From: the human T2T-CHM13v2.0 reference genome, Homo sapiens
Length of the DNA: 64,000 nucleotides
Reading direction: 5' to 3' (one strand)
NCBI RefSeq assembly: GCF_009914755.1
Contig: NC_060928.1
Part shown: positions 29,459-44,645 of the stretch, piece after piece
Layout: each line of letters starts with the position of its first letter
How positions within the stretch are numbered: the stretch's first letter is position 1
Position numbers and translations under genes: made by a program
The notes under the pieces: model-generated
Told to the model about the DNA's origin: nothing
Seen by the model: only the letters and a program-made list of their open reading frames with translations
Database searches by the model: none

Positions 29459-31991
29459 TTTTGGCACCCGAATTTGGGGCATGAGGAAGGGTAACATGCA
29501 AACCAAAAAATCTTTCTCCCTTTCATTTCTAAGCATTTTTGTCCTCAGACGTCTTCTGAGGGTAGAGGAAATTATCCCTCCCTCCTCACTGTTGCTCACA
29601 GAGGTCGTGAATGTTGGCCTTTTTCTTCTTTTTTCAGGATGGACAGGTGAACAGCAGCTCCCCTGCTTCCCTCCTGGCCAGGGCTGGTGCACACGGCTCA
29701 AGGATGTCCCAGAGCAGGCTGGCCAGCATCCACCACCACATATCCATGGAGTCTTCCCCTCACAGGGCCAAGGGATCTGCCTCTGTCAGAGAGCAATCAA
29801 GTTTCTCCCCCAGTTGGAGGAACTCATTTGCATAAGAATGAGAGGTTCTTCCTCAGGCATCTTTTTCTATTCTCCACCCTGTCAGCAGCTAACACAGCTG
29901 TGCATTTAAGCTGTCTTTTCCTTTTCTCCACTGGGTTAGCAGTGAGGCTTTTTAAAAATATATATAAAGAGATTTTACTAGGCCAGGAATAAGTTTCACT
30001 GTTTATATTCTCTTAAGCTGTAGCCAATCTGGTGTGCTTTGCATGTCTTTCTGTCTGGTCAGTAGCAAAATTTGCTGCAGGCCTCCATCTTGTTTTACAT
30101 CCTTGGAAGTGTGGCCTGTAACCATGTGGCAATGCTTTATTTAGCCTCCGCCATTTTAAAATGGTGGTGCAGGCTCAATTCTGACTTAGGGAATAGGTCC
30201 TTTATGGTTTGATATCTGTGTGACCTTTGCCATTTGTTGATTCTCTTGTCTTCCACGGACTGCCTTTGTTTTTCCTTTCTCTAAGCCTTTAGTAAAGCTT
30301 GAAAGCCAGAAATATTGGCTGCTTGGCCTGGCTAAAGTAAGATAATAAGGGATTTCAAAGGATTTTCTTAAAGAGCACTCAGCTTAATTAAAAGTGGATA
30401 TCCCAGTTATAGGTATATTTAAAAGGCCTTTATGTTTTTCTCTTCCTGAATCTCGTTTTGCTGGGAAAGGTTTTTTTCCTCAGTCAACTGAATTATTTTT
30501 CTTCATTTTGCCTTGCCACCCTTCATGCATGCATGAGAGGGGGGAAACCTCTATTTTCCTCATGGAACCCCAGGAATTAAAAGCAGATGGATCCCTCTCA
30601 AAATCTGTTTTTGCCTCCAAGTTATGCCTGTTCATTAGGCCTTAGAAGCTGCGTGTTTTCCTAGCCCTGTCTCTTAAAGGGCTCCACCCAGAGGCCAATC
30701 ATCCAGTTAGGAGATTGGCAAACAAAAACATCTTATGGATACTGAGTCTTCTTCTGCCTGTCTATGAAGTTATATATGTGTTGTGTGTGTGATGTCTATA
30801 AAAAAGAGCTCTAATAAATTGACTTAAAGAAAGATAAGTGCTTGGATCAAATATTTTTTAAAGGTGAGATAAAAGCTGTGGTACCTTTCAGTTCACATGA
30901 CTTTAATCTTTGAGAAATAAAAACAGCCTTAAAGATTATTGGTAAAATTCAGATGTTGTCAAAATGTAAATATTTGCCTAGGGTTAAAGGATTGTTTTGA
31001 ATTATGTAAGATAAAGCTGAAAGTTCAAACAAGCTGTGGAAGGAGTGTAAAAATTAATCTTGCAAAAGAAATTCTGTATGTGAACATATTAACTAAATTC
31101 AAAAGGATATTACATTGTTTTCCTATAAATTAACCATTGAAATAAAGGCAAAACAAGGTACTCTTAAGGCACTAATCTGCTCCTCTGCAAAATTTGTAAA
31201 GGGTTATAAAAGAGTTATGTTTTTTTTTTTTAAATTTCTGAGTCATCATTTTGGCAAAATAAGTAACTATAGTAATCTGGAATTTTATTTCATGACATCA
31301 AGTGTTTTAAATCTCTAACATTTAATAGGCTTCCCAAAATGGCTTTTTGGATGCTACAGAGGGCCCCTGGAACATCCAGAAGAGAGGTAAACATGAATGT
31401 TTGACATGTTTAGGTACGTGGGTTTGCCAAAGAGATGTTAAATTTTCTTCAGGTTATATTTTAGTGAATAATATTAGTATATGTTCCAAAATTGTGTGGG
31501 ATTTCTAAAATTCTAATGTCTGAGTATATGCTATTAATCACAATTAAGGTTGTTATGTTAAGTTATTGTAAACTACGAAGATAACCAAATTTCTTTGTCC
31601 ATCATGTTTCAGACTGTAACTATCCTGGATATTTTGTTACTCACAGACAATTGTTGTTTTATTTTGATCCTCTTCAAATGATGGTTTATCATCAGCTATA
31701 GAACTTTCACAGGTGCTCTCAAATGTAGGTTTCTGATAACTGAATCAATTTTTTTGACTTTTGTTTGGAACTTGCTGATCCTTACTTTGTTTTTTAGAGT
31801 CAAGGAAACATATTTTGAGCTATTTATGGCCTTTAAAAATTAAGATATCCTCCTGTGAACAAAATTTGGAGCATACTTGTCTCTCTCCCTCTCTCTCCTG
31901 CCTGGCTTCTCCAGAATTTGGAAACTAGTTGTGAATATTCTTAATTTATGGTAATATAGTTGTTTGCAGCAGTGCAATAAGAATCCATATT

Positions 31992-34900
31992 CTTTTTTAT
32001 TATTATTATACTTTAAGTTCTGGGGTACATGTGCAGAACATGCAGCTTTGTTACATAGGTATGCACATGCTATGGTGGTTTGCTGCACCCATCAACCCGT
32101 CATCTGCATTAGGTATTTATCCTAATGCTATCCCTACCCTAGCTCCCCATCCCCCAGCAGGCCCTGGTATATAATATTCCCCTCCGTGTGTCCATGTGTT
32201 CTCATTGTTCAACTCCCAGGTATGAGTGAGAACATACAGTGTCTGGTTTTCTCTTCTTGTGTAACTTTACTGAAAATGATAGTTTCCAGCTTTATCCATG
32301 ACCCTGCAATGAACATGAACTCATCCTTTTTTATGACTGCATAGTGTTCCATGGTGTATATGTGCCACATTTTCTTTATGCAGGCTAACATTGATGGGTA
32401 TTAGGGTTGATTCCAAGTCTTTGCTATTGTGAACTGTGCCACAATAAACATACATGTGCCTGTGTCTTTATAGTAGAATGATTTATAATCCTTTGGGTAT
32501 ATACTCAGTAATGGGATTGCTGGGTCAAATGGTATTTCCAGTTCTAGATCTTTGAGGAATCGACACATTGACAATGGTTGAACTAATTTACACTCCCACC
32601 AACAGTGTAAAAGCATTCCTATTTCTCCACACCCTCACCAGCATCTGTTGTTTCCTGACTTTTTAAATGATTGCCATTCTAACTGGCATGAGATGGTATC
32701 TCAGTGTGGTTTTGATTGGCATTTCTCTAATGACTGGTGATCATGAGCTTTTTTTCATATGTTTGTTGGCCACATAAATGTCTTCTTTTGAGAAGTGTCT
32801 GTTCATATCCTTCGCCCACTTTTTGATGGGGTTGTTTGTTATTTTTCTTGTAAATTTGTTTAAAGTCTTTGTAGATTCTGGATATTAGCCCTTTGTCAGA
32901 TGGATAGATTGCAAACATTTTCTCCCATTCTTAAGGTTGCCTGTCCACTCATGATGGTTTCTTTTGCTGTGCAGAAGCTCTTTAGTTTTATTAGACCCCA
33001 TTTGTCTATTTTGGCTTTTGCTGCCATTGCTTTTGGTGTTTTAGTCATGAAGTCTTTGTGCATGCCAATGTCCTGAATGGTACTGCCTAGGTTTTCTTCA
33101 AGGGTTTTTATGGTTTTAGGGCTTACATTGAAGTCTTTAATCTATCTTGAGTTAATTTTTGTATAAGGTGTAAGAAAGGAATCCAGTTTCAGCTTTCTGC
33201 ATATGGCTAGCCAGTTTTCCCAACATCATTTATTAAATAGGGAATCCTTTCCCCATTGCATGTTTTTGTCAGGTTTCTCAAAGATCAGATGGTTGTAGAT
33301 GTGTGGTGTTATTTCTGAGGCCTCTGTTATGTTCCATTGGTCTATACATCTGTTTTGGTATTAGTATTATGCTGTTTTTCTTACAGTAGCCTTGTAGTAT
33401 AATTTGAAGTCAAGTAGCATGATACCTCCAGCTTTGTTCTTTTTGCTTAGGATTGTCTTGACTATCTGGGCTCTTGTTTGGTTTTATAGGAAATTTAAAG
33501 TAGTTTTTTCCAATTCTGTGAAGAAAGTCATTGGTAGGTTGATGGGGATGGCATTGAATCTGTAAATTACTTTGGGCAGTATGGTCATTTTCACGATATT
33601 GATTCTTCCTATCCATGAGCATGGAATGTTTTTCCATTTGTTTGTGTCCTTTCTTATTCTGTTGAGCAGTGGTTTGTAGTTCTCCTTGAAGAAGTCCTTC
33701 ACGTCCCTTGGAAGTTGTATTCCTAGGTATTTTACTCTCTTTGTAGCAATTGTTCACTCATGATTTGGCTCTCTGTTTTTCTGTTATTGGTGTATAAGAA
33801 TGCTTGTGATTTTTGCACATTGATTTTGTATCCTGAGAGTTTGCTGAAGTTGCTTGTCAGATAAAGGAGATTTTGGGCTGAGACAATGGGGTTTTCTAAA
33901 TATACAGTCATGTCATCTGCAAACAGAGACAATTTGACTTCCTCTCTTTCTAATTGAATACCTTTATTTCTTTCTCTTGCCTCATTGCCCTGGCCAGAAG
34001 TTCCAATACTATGTTGCATAGGAGTGGTGAGAGAGGGCATCTTTGTCTTGTGCCGGTTTTCCAAGGGAATGCTTCCAGTTTCTGCCCATTCAGTATGATA
34101 CTAGCTGTGGGTTTGTCATAAATAGCTGTTATTATTTTGAGATATGTTCCATCAGTACCTAGTTCATTGAGAGTTTTTAGCATGAGGGCTGTTGAATTTT
34201 GTCAAAGGCCTTTTCTACATCTATTGGGATAATCATGTGGTTTTCTCATTGGTTCTGTTTAGGTGATGGATTACATTTATTGATTTGTGTATGTTGAACC
34301 ACCTGGCATCCCAGGGAGGAAGCCAACTTGATTGTGGTGAATAAGCTTTTTGATGTGCTGCTAGATTTGGTTTGTCAGTATTTTATTGAGGATTTTCACA
34401 TCAATGTTCAACAGGGATATTGGCCTGAAATTTTCTTTTTTTGTTGTGTCTGAGACAGGTTTTGTTATGAGGATGATGCTAGCCTCATAAAATGAATTAG
34501 GGAGGATTCCCTCTTCTTCTATTGTTTGGAATAGTTTCAGAAGGAACGGTACCAGCTCCTCTTTGTACTTCTGGTAGAATTCAGCTGTGAATCCATCTGG
34601 TCCTGGACTTTTTTTGGATGGTAAGCTATTAATTACTGCCTTAATTTCAGAAGTTGTTATTGGTCTATTCAGGGATTCAAATTCTTCTTGCTGTAGTCTT
34701 GGGAGGGTGTATGTGTCCAGGAATTTATCCATTTCTTTTAGATTTTCTAGTTTATTTGCATAGAGGTGTTTATAGTATTCTCTGATGGTGGTTTGTATTT
34801 CTGTGGGATCGGTGGTGATATCCCCTTTGTCATTTTTTATTGCATCTATTCGATTCTTCTCTCTTTTCTTCTTTATTAGTCTGGCTAGTGGTCTATTTTG

Positions 34901-36690
34901 CTGATGTTTTTTAAAAAAAACAGTTCCTGGATTCATTGATTTTTTGAAGGGTTTTTCATGTCTCTATCTCCTTCAGTTCTGCTCTGATCTTAGTTATTTC
35001 ATGTCTTCTGCTAGCTTTTCAATTTGTTTGCTTTTGCTTCTCTAGATCTTTTAATTGTAATTTTAGGGTGCCGATTTTAGATTCTTCCTGCTTTCTCTTG
35101 TGGGCATTTAGTGCTATAAATTTCCCTCTACACACAGCTTTAACTGTGGCCCAGAGATTTTGGTATGCTGTGTCTTTGTTCGCAATGGTTTCAAAGAACA
35201 TCTTCATTTCTGCCTTCATTTTGTTATGTACCCAGTAGTCATTCAGGAGCAGTTGTTCAGTTTCCATGTAGTTGTGCAGTTCTGAGTGAGTTTCTTAATC
35301 CTGAGTTCTAATTTGATTGCACTGTGGTTTGAGAGACTGTTTGTTATGATTTCTGTTTTTTTGTTTGTTTGTTTTTTGTTTTGCATTTGCTGAGGAGTGT
35401 TTTACTTCCAATTATGTGGTCAATTTTAGAATAAGTGAGATGTGGTGTTGAGAAGAATGTATATTCTGTTGATTTCGGGTGGAGAGTTCTGTAGATGTCT
35501 ATTAAGTCTTCTTGATCCAGAGCTGAGTTCAAGCTCTGGATATCCTTGTTAATTTTCTGTCTCATTGCTCTAATATTGACAGTAGGGTGTTAAAGTCTCC
35601 CACTATTATTGTGTGGGTGACTAAATCTCTTTGTAGGTCTCTAAGAACTTGCTTTATGAATCTGGGTGCTCCTGTATTGGGTGCATATATATTTAGGACA
35701 GTTAGCTCTTCTTGTTGAATTGATCCCTTTACCATTATGTCATGGCCTTCTTTGTCTCTCTTGATCTTTGTTGGTTTAAAGTCTGTTTTATCAGGGACTA
35801 GGATTGGAACCATTGCTTTTTTTTTTTTTCTTTCTATTTGCTTGGAAAATATTCCTCCATCCCTTTATTTTGAGCGTATGTGTGTCTCTGCACATGAGAT
35901 GGGTCTCCTGAATACAGCAAACCGATGAGTCTTGACTCTATTCAATTTGGCAGTCTGTGTCTTTTAATTGGGGCATTTAGCCCATTTACATTTAAGGTTA
36001 ATATTGTTATGTGTGAATTTGAACCTGTCATTATGATGCTAGCTGGTTATTTTGCCCATGAGTTGCAGTTTCTTTATAGTGTCGATGATCTTTACAATTT
36101 GGCATGTTTTTACAGTGGCTGGTACTGTTCATTCCATTCCATGTTTAGTGCTTCCTTCAGGAGCTCTTGTAAAGCAGGCCTGGTGGTAACAAAATCTCTC
36201 AGCATTTGCTTGTCTGTAAAGGATTTTATTTCTCCTTCACTTATGAAGCTTAGTTTGGCTGGATATGCAATTCTGGTTGAACATTCTTTTCTTTAAGAAT
36301 GTTGAATATTGGCCCCCACTCTCTTCTGGCTTGTAGGGTTTCTGCTGAGAGATCTGCTGTTAGTCTGATGGGCTTCCCTTTGTGGGTAACCCGACCTTTC
36401 TCTCTGGCTGCCCTTAATATTTTTTCCTTCTTTTCAACCTTGGTGAATGTGACAATTATGTGTCTTGGGGTTGCTCTTCTCGAGGAGTATCTTTGTGGTG
36501 TTCTCTGTATTTCCTGAATTTAGATGTTGGCCTGCCTTGCTAGGTTGGGGAAGTTCTCCTGGATAATATCCTGAAGAGTGTTTTCCTACTTGGTTCCATT
36601 CTCCTCATCACTTTCTGGTACACCAATTAGACGTAGATTTGGTCTTTTCACACAGTCCCATATTTCTTGGAGGCTTTGTTCATTTCTTTT
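31992..36690 (-). mobile_element. LINE-1 (L1PA7-like), 5'-truncated within ORF1
   Basis: 3' end ttatactttaagttctgggg; ORF2 remnants incl. 191-aa 34361-34936 and SLFADDM; endonuclease remnant LNIYAPNTGAPRF. Confidence 0.93.
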
Positions 36691-36757
36691 CAGCTTCCCA
36701 TTTCATGAATAAAGGTCATGCTAGTATCCATGGCATAAATGAGGTCTAAGGAATTCA

Positions 36758-37063
36758 TTTTTTATTACTTATTTACTTATTTTGAGACAGAGTCTTGCTC
36801 TGTTGCCTGGGCTGGAGTGCAGTGGTGCAATATCAGCTCACTGCAACCTCTGCTGCCCAAGTTCAAGCAATTCTCTTGCCTCAGCCTCCCAAGTAGCTGA
36901 GATTACAGGCTTGTGCCACCATGCCCAGCTAATTTTTGTATTTTTGGTAGAGATGGGGTTTCAGCATCTTGTCCAGGCTGGTCTTGAACTCCTGACCTCG
37001 TGATCCACCCATCTCGACCTCCCAAAGTGCTGGGATTACAGGAGTGAGCCACCTGGCCTGGCC
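36758..37063 (-). mobile_element. AluS (AluSg-like)
   Basis: Full dimer. TSD tgaggtctaaggaattca (36740-36757) / ttagatctaaggaattca (37065-37082). Confidence 0.94.
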
Positions 37064-37962
37064 TTTAGATCTAAGGAATTCAAAGGCTACTGACAGCAGG
37101 GGAAAGAGCACATAGATGGGTATGAGTGAATATTCCCATCCCCTGTCCGCACCCCCCCCACCCCACCCCCATTAACATGGGTGAAAGCCACCCATGGGTT
37201 GCACTCTTTCGCAGTCTCTGGGACTGGGGGTTATAAAAATGGAAGAAAGAAAGAAGGATGCCTCACTTTCTCTCCCTCATGTACCCCAGGTATTTTCTAG
37301 GAAGAGAAGGGAACTTGGGATGCCTCTCTCTCCTCTTTCTAGATAAGTAGACATTCATCTTCAGTCTGCACTCTTTTTGAATGCATCCTGAACCCCTGGC
37401 ATGCCTTTGAAAAAAATAACTTTTTTCCTTTTTCCTCCTCTGTCCTCCCTTCACTGATAGGTAATTGTGTCTCTGTACTATGGGACACTCCCCTCGGATA
37501 CATCCTCCAAACCGGGAAAAGTTAATTTCCCAAACCTTAAACTGGTTGCCTTAGGATTGGGCTTAGGGGAAGAGAACCCGGAAGCCCGACATGCCAGCAA
37601 AAGGGTAAAAGTTTTTTTTATCAGTTGGGCTTTTGTCCTCCTTTTCCCTGTGCAAACTGGTAAAAGGTCTTGGGATTTTTGAGCCGTCACCTCCACCTTG
37701 TTTTGTTTTGATACATGTTTTCTAATAACCCAGTTTGTCTCTTTTCACCTTCAGGCCATCAAACTCCAAACGTCATGCAACCAGAGCCTCGGACAATGGA
37801 CCCTTTTGCCAGGGACCCTCAGATAGGCCTCTGACAGAGATCTGACTGCCATTTTCCCCAAAACAGTGCCCCCTGTCAGCAGGAAGCAGTTAAGATCAGT
37901 CTTCATCCTTATCCTTATCCTTATTTTAATGGCAGTTAAATGTACTTCTTTAGAGGGAGGAA

Positions 37963-38319
37963 TGATAGATGTGGGAGGCAGATAAGGGTGAGGGTTCCTG
38001 GAGAATCTCCAACCCACCTGTGCACTGGGAGAATGAAGTGCGCAGGTGGGTTGCCATGAGAAGTTCACACTGTGTCCAGGAGGGAAGAGCCTGGCCTCTT
38101 CAGTGCCTGTGTGTGTGGCCTGGAATCAATCTGTGAGGTGGAGAGCCTGTCAGAAGGACTCCCTCTTGCTTTGCTGAGAGTTTTTTTCTTTTTTCATTTT
38201 CCTTTTTACCCAATAAATTTCATTCCCCTCACCCTCCAAGGTCTCCCTATTCCTAATCTTTCCTGTTCATATGACAAGAACCTGGTTTTAGCTGAACTAA
38301 AGAACAAAGTTCTACATTA
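37963..38319 (+). mobile_element. 3' LTR of the same ERV1 provirus (MER61-like)
   Basis: Starts tgatagat directly after the PPT; aataaa in R; followed by TSD atac (38320-38323), after which the host L1 resumes. Confidence 0.85.
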
Positions 38320-38441
38320 ATACTGTAATGGTGTGTAAATCAAATATTTCTAGTGTAAAGATAAAAGAGAAAACTATTAAAAAATAACCATAGTTATATT
38401 AATTTCTTAAAGGACACACAACACAAAAAATATAAGTTATA

Positions 38442-38672
38442 AGCCTGGGCAATATAGTGAGAACTCGTCTCTAAAAAAAAAAATAAATAAATAAAAATTA
38501 AAATAATAATAAATCAGCCAGGCATGGTGGTGCATGCCTGTAGTCCCAGCTTCTTGGGAGCCTGAGGAGGGAGGAGCCCTTGAGCCTGGGAAGTTGGTCA
38601 AGGCTGCAGTAAGCCAAGATTGCACCACTGTACTCCAGCCTGGGTGACAGAGCAAAACACTGTCTTAAAAAG
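38442..38672 (+). mobile_element. 5'-truncated AluJ
   Basis: agcctgggcaatatagtgaga, gtcaaggctgcagt diagnostics; A-rich linker. Confidence 0.9.
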
Positions 38673-40119
38673 AAACAAGTAAATTATAACATCAAACACA
38701 TAAAATGAAGGAGGAGTAAAAGTGTAGAGAATGAATAGCAAGAAAACAAATAATCCAATTTTATAAATGGGCAAGGGACCTGAATAGACACTCCTCAAAA
38801 GCAGACATACAAATGGTCAACAGGTATGTGGGGAAAAAAAAAATGCTCAACATCACTAATCATTAAGGAAATGCAAATTAAAACCACAATGAGATATCAT
38901 TTCACACCCATTAGAATGGCTTTCATCAAAAAGACAAAAGATAAGTATTGGTGAGGATGAGAAAATAGAAACCTTGCACACTGTTGGTGGGAATATAAAC
39001 TAGTATAGCCATTATGAAAAATGGTGTAGAGGTTCCTCAAAAATTTAAAAATAGAACTACCATATCATTCAGCAATCTTACATCTGAGTATATATCCAAA
39101 GGACAAAAAATCAGTACGTTGAAGAGAGATCTGCACTCCCACATTCACTGAAGCATTCATAATAGTCACACTATAGAATCAACCTAAGTGTCCACTGATG
39201 GATGAATGAATTTTTAAAATGTGTGCATACACACACACACAAGCACATATATATTTACACATACACAATGGAATACTACTCAGCTGTTAAAAAGCAAGAA
39301 ATCTTGTCATTTGTGATAACGTGGATGAACTTGGAAGACACTATGTAAAGTGAAATAAGCCAGGCACAGAAAGACAAATACTACTGAACTCACATATACA
39401 TAGAATTTTTATAAGCTGAACTCAGAAGCAGAGCAGACTGGTGGTTACCAGAAGCTGAGGGTGGGTTGGGGAATGAGAAGATGCTGGTCAAAAGATACAA
39501 AGTTTTAGTAAGACAGGAGGAATGTGTTCTGGACATTCATTATACAGCATGGTGAGTATAGTTAATAATAATATTGTATACTTGAGAACCGCAAGGAGAC
39601 TAGATCTTAAATGTTATCACCACAAAAAATAAAATGTATGTGGGCTGATGAATATACTAATTTGCTTGACTTAATTCTTTCACAATGTATACACATCAAA
39701 ACATCACATTATACAGCATAAGTATATATAATTTTGTTAAACCTTAATAAAGCTACTAAAAGAATAAAACTATATTCAGCTTCATTGTTGGACATATCAT
39801 TTAAGTACTGAACATGTAATTACCAGCATTTTTAGTGCAACTAACAGAAAGATTAAATTCATTAAACATTGGCATATTAGGCTAAAATGAAAGACAACGT
39901 AAAGGTTAGATTTTCTTTCTGGCTTTTCCTATGATCAGTGGTGTAAAGAACAACACATTCAACCAATAATTTCTGGGTCAGGCAAAGGAGAGGTAGTATA
40001 AAATAAAATCAGTTTTATAATAATGGTGTCATGAGGATAAAAAGACAGAAGAGCTCAGCTAAGTCATGTAGAAGCAATTGAATACCTTCTTCATAAAGTA
40101 GACAGCCCTATTCGTAAAT

Positions 40120-41603
<1,484 letters not shown>

Positions 41604-42739
41604 AAAGCAGACAGCTCTAATGCAGTAGCACAGAATTAAACCAGTAATTTTCTAATTTCTTTAAGTTCCTTTTTCAGTGATTCCTGGAATTTTCAAGCAC
41701 TTATCCAAATGCAACACATGCCCAGTTTGAAGGCAAATCCACCACTAAAAAAGTCCCCTTTCACATCCTGTTCTATCTAGCCTCAGTCAGTTTATTCAAG
41801 ATTCTAGCCCTTCAGCCTTCTGAGCCCAAATTCTCATTTCAAATACTCCACCCTTTAGAAATACCTAATGGACTATTAAAGAATTGGCAAAGAGTAAAAG
41901 AAATATTTCATAACTGGTATTTTTATATTGGTTAGAAACATTCACAGGCTATTTTAATTCACTGCTATAGTTCTTATCCCATTTTAGAAGAGCAGTTTGA
42001 GCTGGAATTTTTTATTTAGCTTTTACTCTAGACTACCTGCAAACCATTAAAAATGTATCCCCAATTGGGCTCATGGTTAATTAACTGTTCTTTGCCAAAT
42101 CCATCTGTAAAGATTCAGTATAAAACACCTTTTATTTCCCATTTTGCTCATGATCCTAAGTTATTTGGTGTCTCTGCTTAGGCTAATTTTGACCTAATTC
42201 TCATAAAAATAAATACAGTGGTGTTAGAGTTTTCAACATTTAGGCATCACAGTTGCCTACTTGGAGCTAACACTGCTCTTGAGGAATGAATGACACAGCA
42301 TATACAGTGCACTAAAGTCCTAGGAAGAAGTGACTTGTGTGTGCAGCCCCACAAAGCTCCCATTAATGAAGAGGGTGTTTAATTAAATCTTATAACCCTG
42401 AAATAAGAATCTACTCCCATACCATGTTGAAATAGTCCTTAAAGCTGCCATTTATTACATGCTTACCATCTGCAGCAGTAACTTAAACATTTTTTTAGTG
42501 ATAAGAGCTTCACCTCCTCCATTCTCACTTGATTCTTCACTTCTGAGATACAGAACACAGGGCGAGAAGAATCAAAGTTAGTTAACTAAGATAGAATTTA
42601 TCAACCATTAACAGTTATAGGCCTTATGATTCCATAAAGTTTCCAAAAGGCAGTATCAGATACAAAAACCCAAGCATCCATATAAAAATTGGATCCTTTC
42701 ATTGCCATTTGGTCAAGGAACAAGATGAAACATGAAAAT

Positions 42740-42895
42740 AACTCTAGTTCAGAAGTCAGAAGACCTGAGTCATTTACTACTTGTGGTTTCAGTTTCGTCT
42801 GTCCTGTGGGGGTGACACACCTGCTTTACTTACCTGACAGGGTTGCTTTAAGAATTTGCGAAAAAATGGGCATGGATGTTCTTCGTAAACAATAA
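42740..42895 (+). mobile_element. MIR relic
   Basis: gaagtcagaagacctgagt ... acttacctgacagggttgc. Confidence 0.6.
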
Positions 42896-44479
42896 AATAT
42901 TTTACAAAATATTTGAATAATTTACTTTCATTTTATGTGTATAAAAATGAAATATATTTTTAAAAGAAATTTTTATTAAAATCTTTCAAAAGGTCTTCTA
43001 AAAGATTCTTAATAAAATTTTCTAGTTCTTATCATAAACATAAGGGGTAGGGGTAGCAAGACAGCAGCTACCCAAGGAATAAGACAACAGAAAGCTCAAA
43101 ATCTGGCATCAGGGAGAACTCTAAAAATACTTAAATCTTTCTAAGAAAGTCTGTAGAAGAGGGATTCACAATTTTCCACAAGAACCAATTTAAATTTAAT
43201 AGCTGATTTTTACACTACAAATCAGCAAAATATTCATACAAGCAGAGTTATTTATTGGCCACCCCAGGGCATTTGTCCTTAGATTGGCCCCTTCTTGCAT
43301 CTTTACAATGTTTTTGGACACCTGTGAAATTCTGAAGGCAAAACAAAACATCTGCTCACACTCATGCCTCTGAGTCTTATGAGTCAATTTTATTATTAAG
43401 GGTGTTATCAGAGTAGGACTTAGATTAGACCACATGTAAACAGCAATGGTAAATTGGATAGATGAAATATTATTTTAATTGAGATTATACTAATTCATTT
43501 ATAATTTTTGCTAATCCAATGAAGGACCCCTAATTGTCTAAGTGCCTCAGAGCCAAAGTTACTTACACAAGGCCAAAATAATTAAACACAAGCCTCAGTA
43601 TGAAGTAAATTCAATAGTTCAAGATGAAGTTTGGAGATACATGAATTTCTCTAAGAAGGACGGGGGAAAAAGAGACACATCATGCTTTACACGGCTCAGT
43701 TTAGATTAAATCACATTAATATTTTCTAAACAAAGTTGTAAAGTCACAAAATGTCTTAATATTCACTAAGAAGTCACAGAAATACAATTTAATACTTTTC
43801 TCTGTATTAAATCAATCTCCTCCTCTCCACCTCTCCATCCTTTTATCTCTCCCTCCATCCTTCCTTCCTCTTTTTTCTGAAAAGCAATGAGCTTATCTGC
43901 CAAATAAATAGGAAACAATATAGCCTGGCCTTCTTTTCATTTTTTAATTTTTTGTCTCCTTCCTGCATCACCCCTCTTCCCTAACAAGTGAAGTGAAGAG
44001 AGAAGATTTTATTTGATTAGGTCAAAGGTGAGGATCCCAGGACAACATTGTCCTTTTGTCTTTGGTATGGCAGAAAACATAAAACCAGAGGCTACATACC
44101 TAACTTATCCACACATACCATCAACATCAATAAGTATTCTACCACCTAGCCTCAGGCAGCTGATTTCTTATAGCATTCTGCCCTCCAACCACTCCTCTGT
44201 CCTAATCACCCAGCTTTCTTTCGACTGCTCATCCATTCCTTATATTTTTGTCTTAGCTACTGTTTGTAAATAAGAAGCAGCTACATCCTACCTACGTATT
44301 GTAACAGTGACATGAATCTTTCTGATGCCCAAGTGATGTCAAATTATTGCTATGAGGTATTCGATACTAGACAATATTATGTAGAAGAGATGATAGAAAG
44401 ATAGTCTAACACATACACGTACATACATGCATACGTATATAGGGGGAGTTATTTCAGAGTTACTCAAAGATAAATATTC

Positions 44480-44645
44480 TATTTAGTAGTTCTATTACTT
44501 AGTCGAATTCATCTAAGCTGTTTTCTCCAATCTGAAAGAGAGATAATAAGACCTATTTTGTAGGAATGTTGTAGGAATTAAATATTACATAAAGAATATC
44601 ATGTGACTGGCACAAAGAAAGTGCTCAGTAAATGTTAACTATTTT
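44480..44645 (+). mobile_element. MIR (MIRb-like) relic
   Basis: gataataagacctat...ctggcacaaagaaagtgctcagtaaatgttaactat. Confidence 0.65.

Larger units (their letters stand above)
29459..37962 (+). mobile_element. Non-coding ERV1 internal region (MER4/MER61-int-like), interrupted by L1PA and Alu
   Basis: Degenerate PBS tggcacccgaatttggggc (29462-29480) resembling tRNA-Lys PBS TGGCGCCCAACGTGGGGC. PPT agagggaggaa (37952-37962). No gag/pol/env ORF seen. Confidence 0.8.
26995..39759 (+). mobile_element. End-to-end LINE-1 (L1MA7-9-like), internally deleted, host of a nested ERV: 5'UTR+ORF1 at 26995-29112; inter-ORF region, ORF2 tail and 3'UTR at 38320-39759
   Basis: 5' start cagcaagatggcagagtagg; ORF1 motifs (aagactatcagcagatttctc, gggatgatatattcaaag); L1MA 3'UTR. 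Perfect 15-bp TSD aagaataaaactata (26980-26994 / 39760-39774). Confidence 0.88.

Noticed and set aside
29456-29992. 142-aa and overlapping ORFs after the 5' LTR
   Set aside because: ERV leader sequence with no gag/pol/env motifs.
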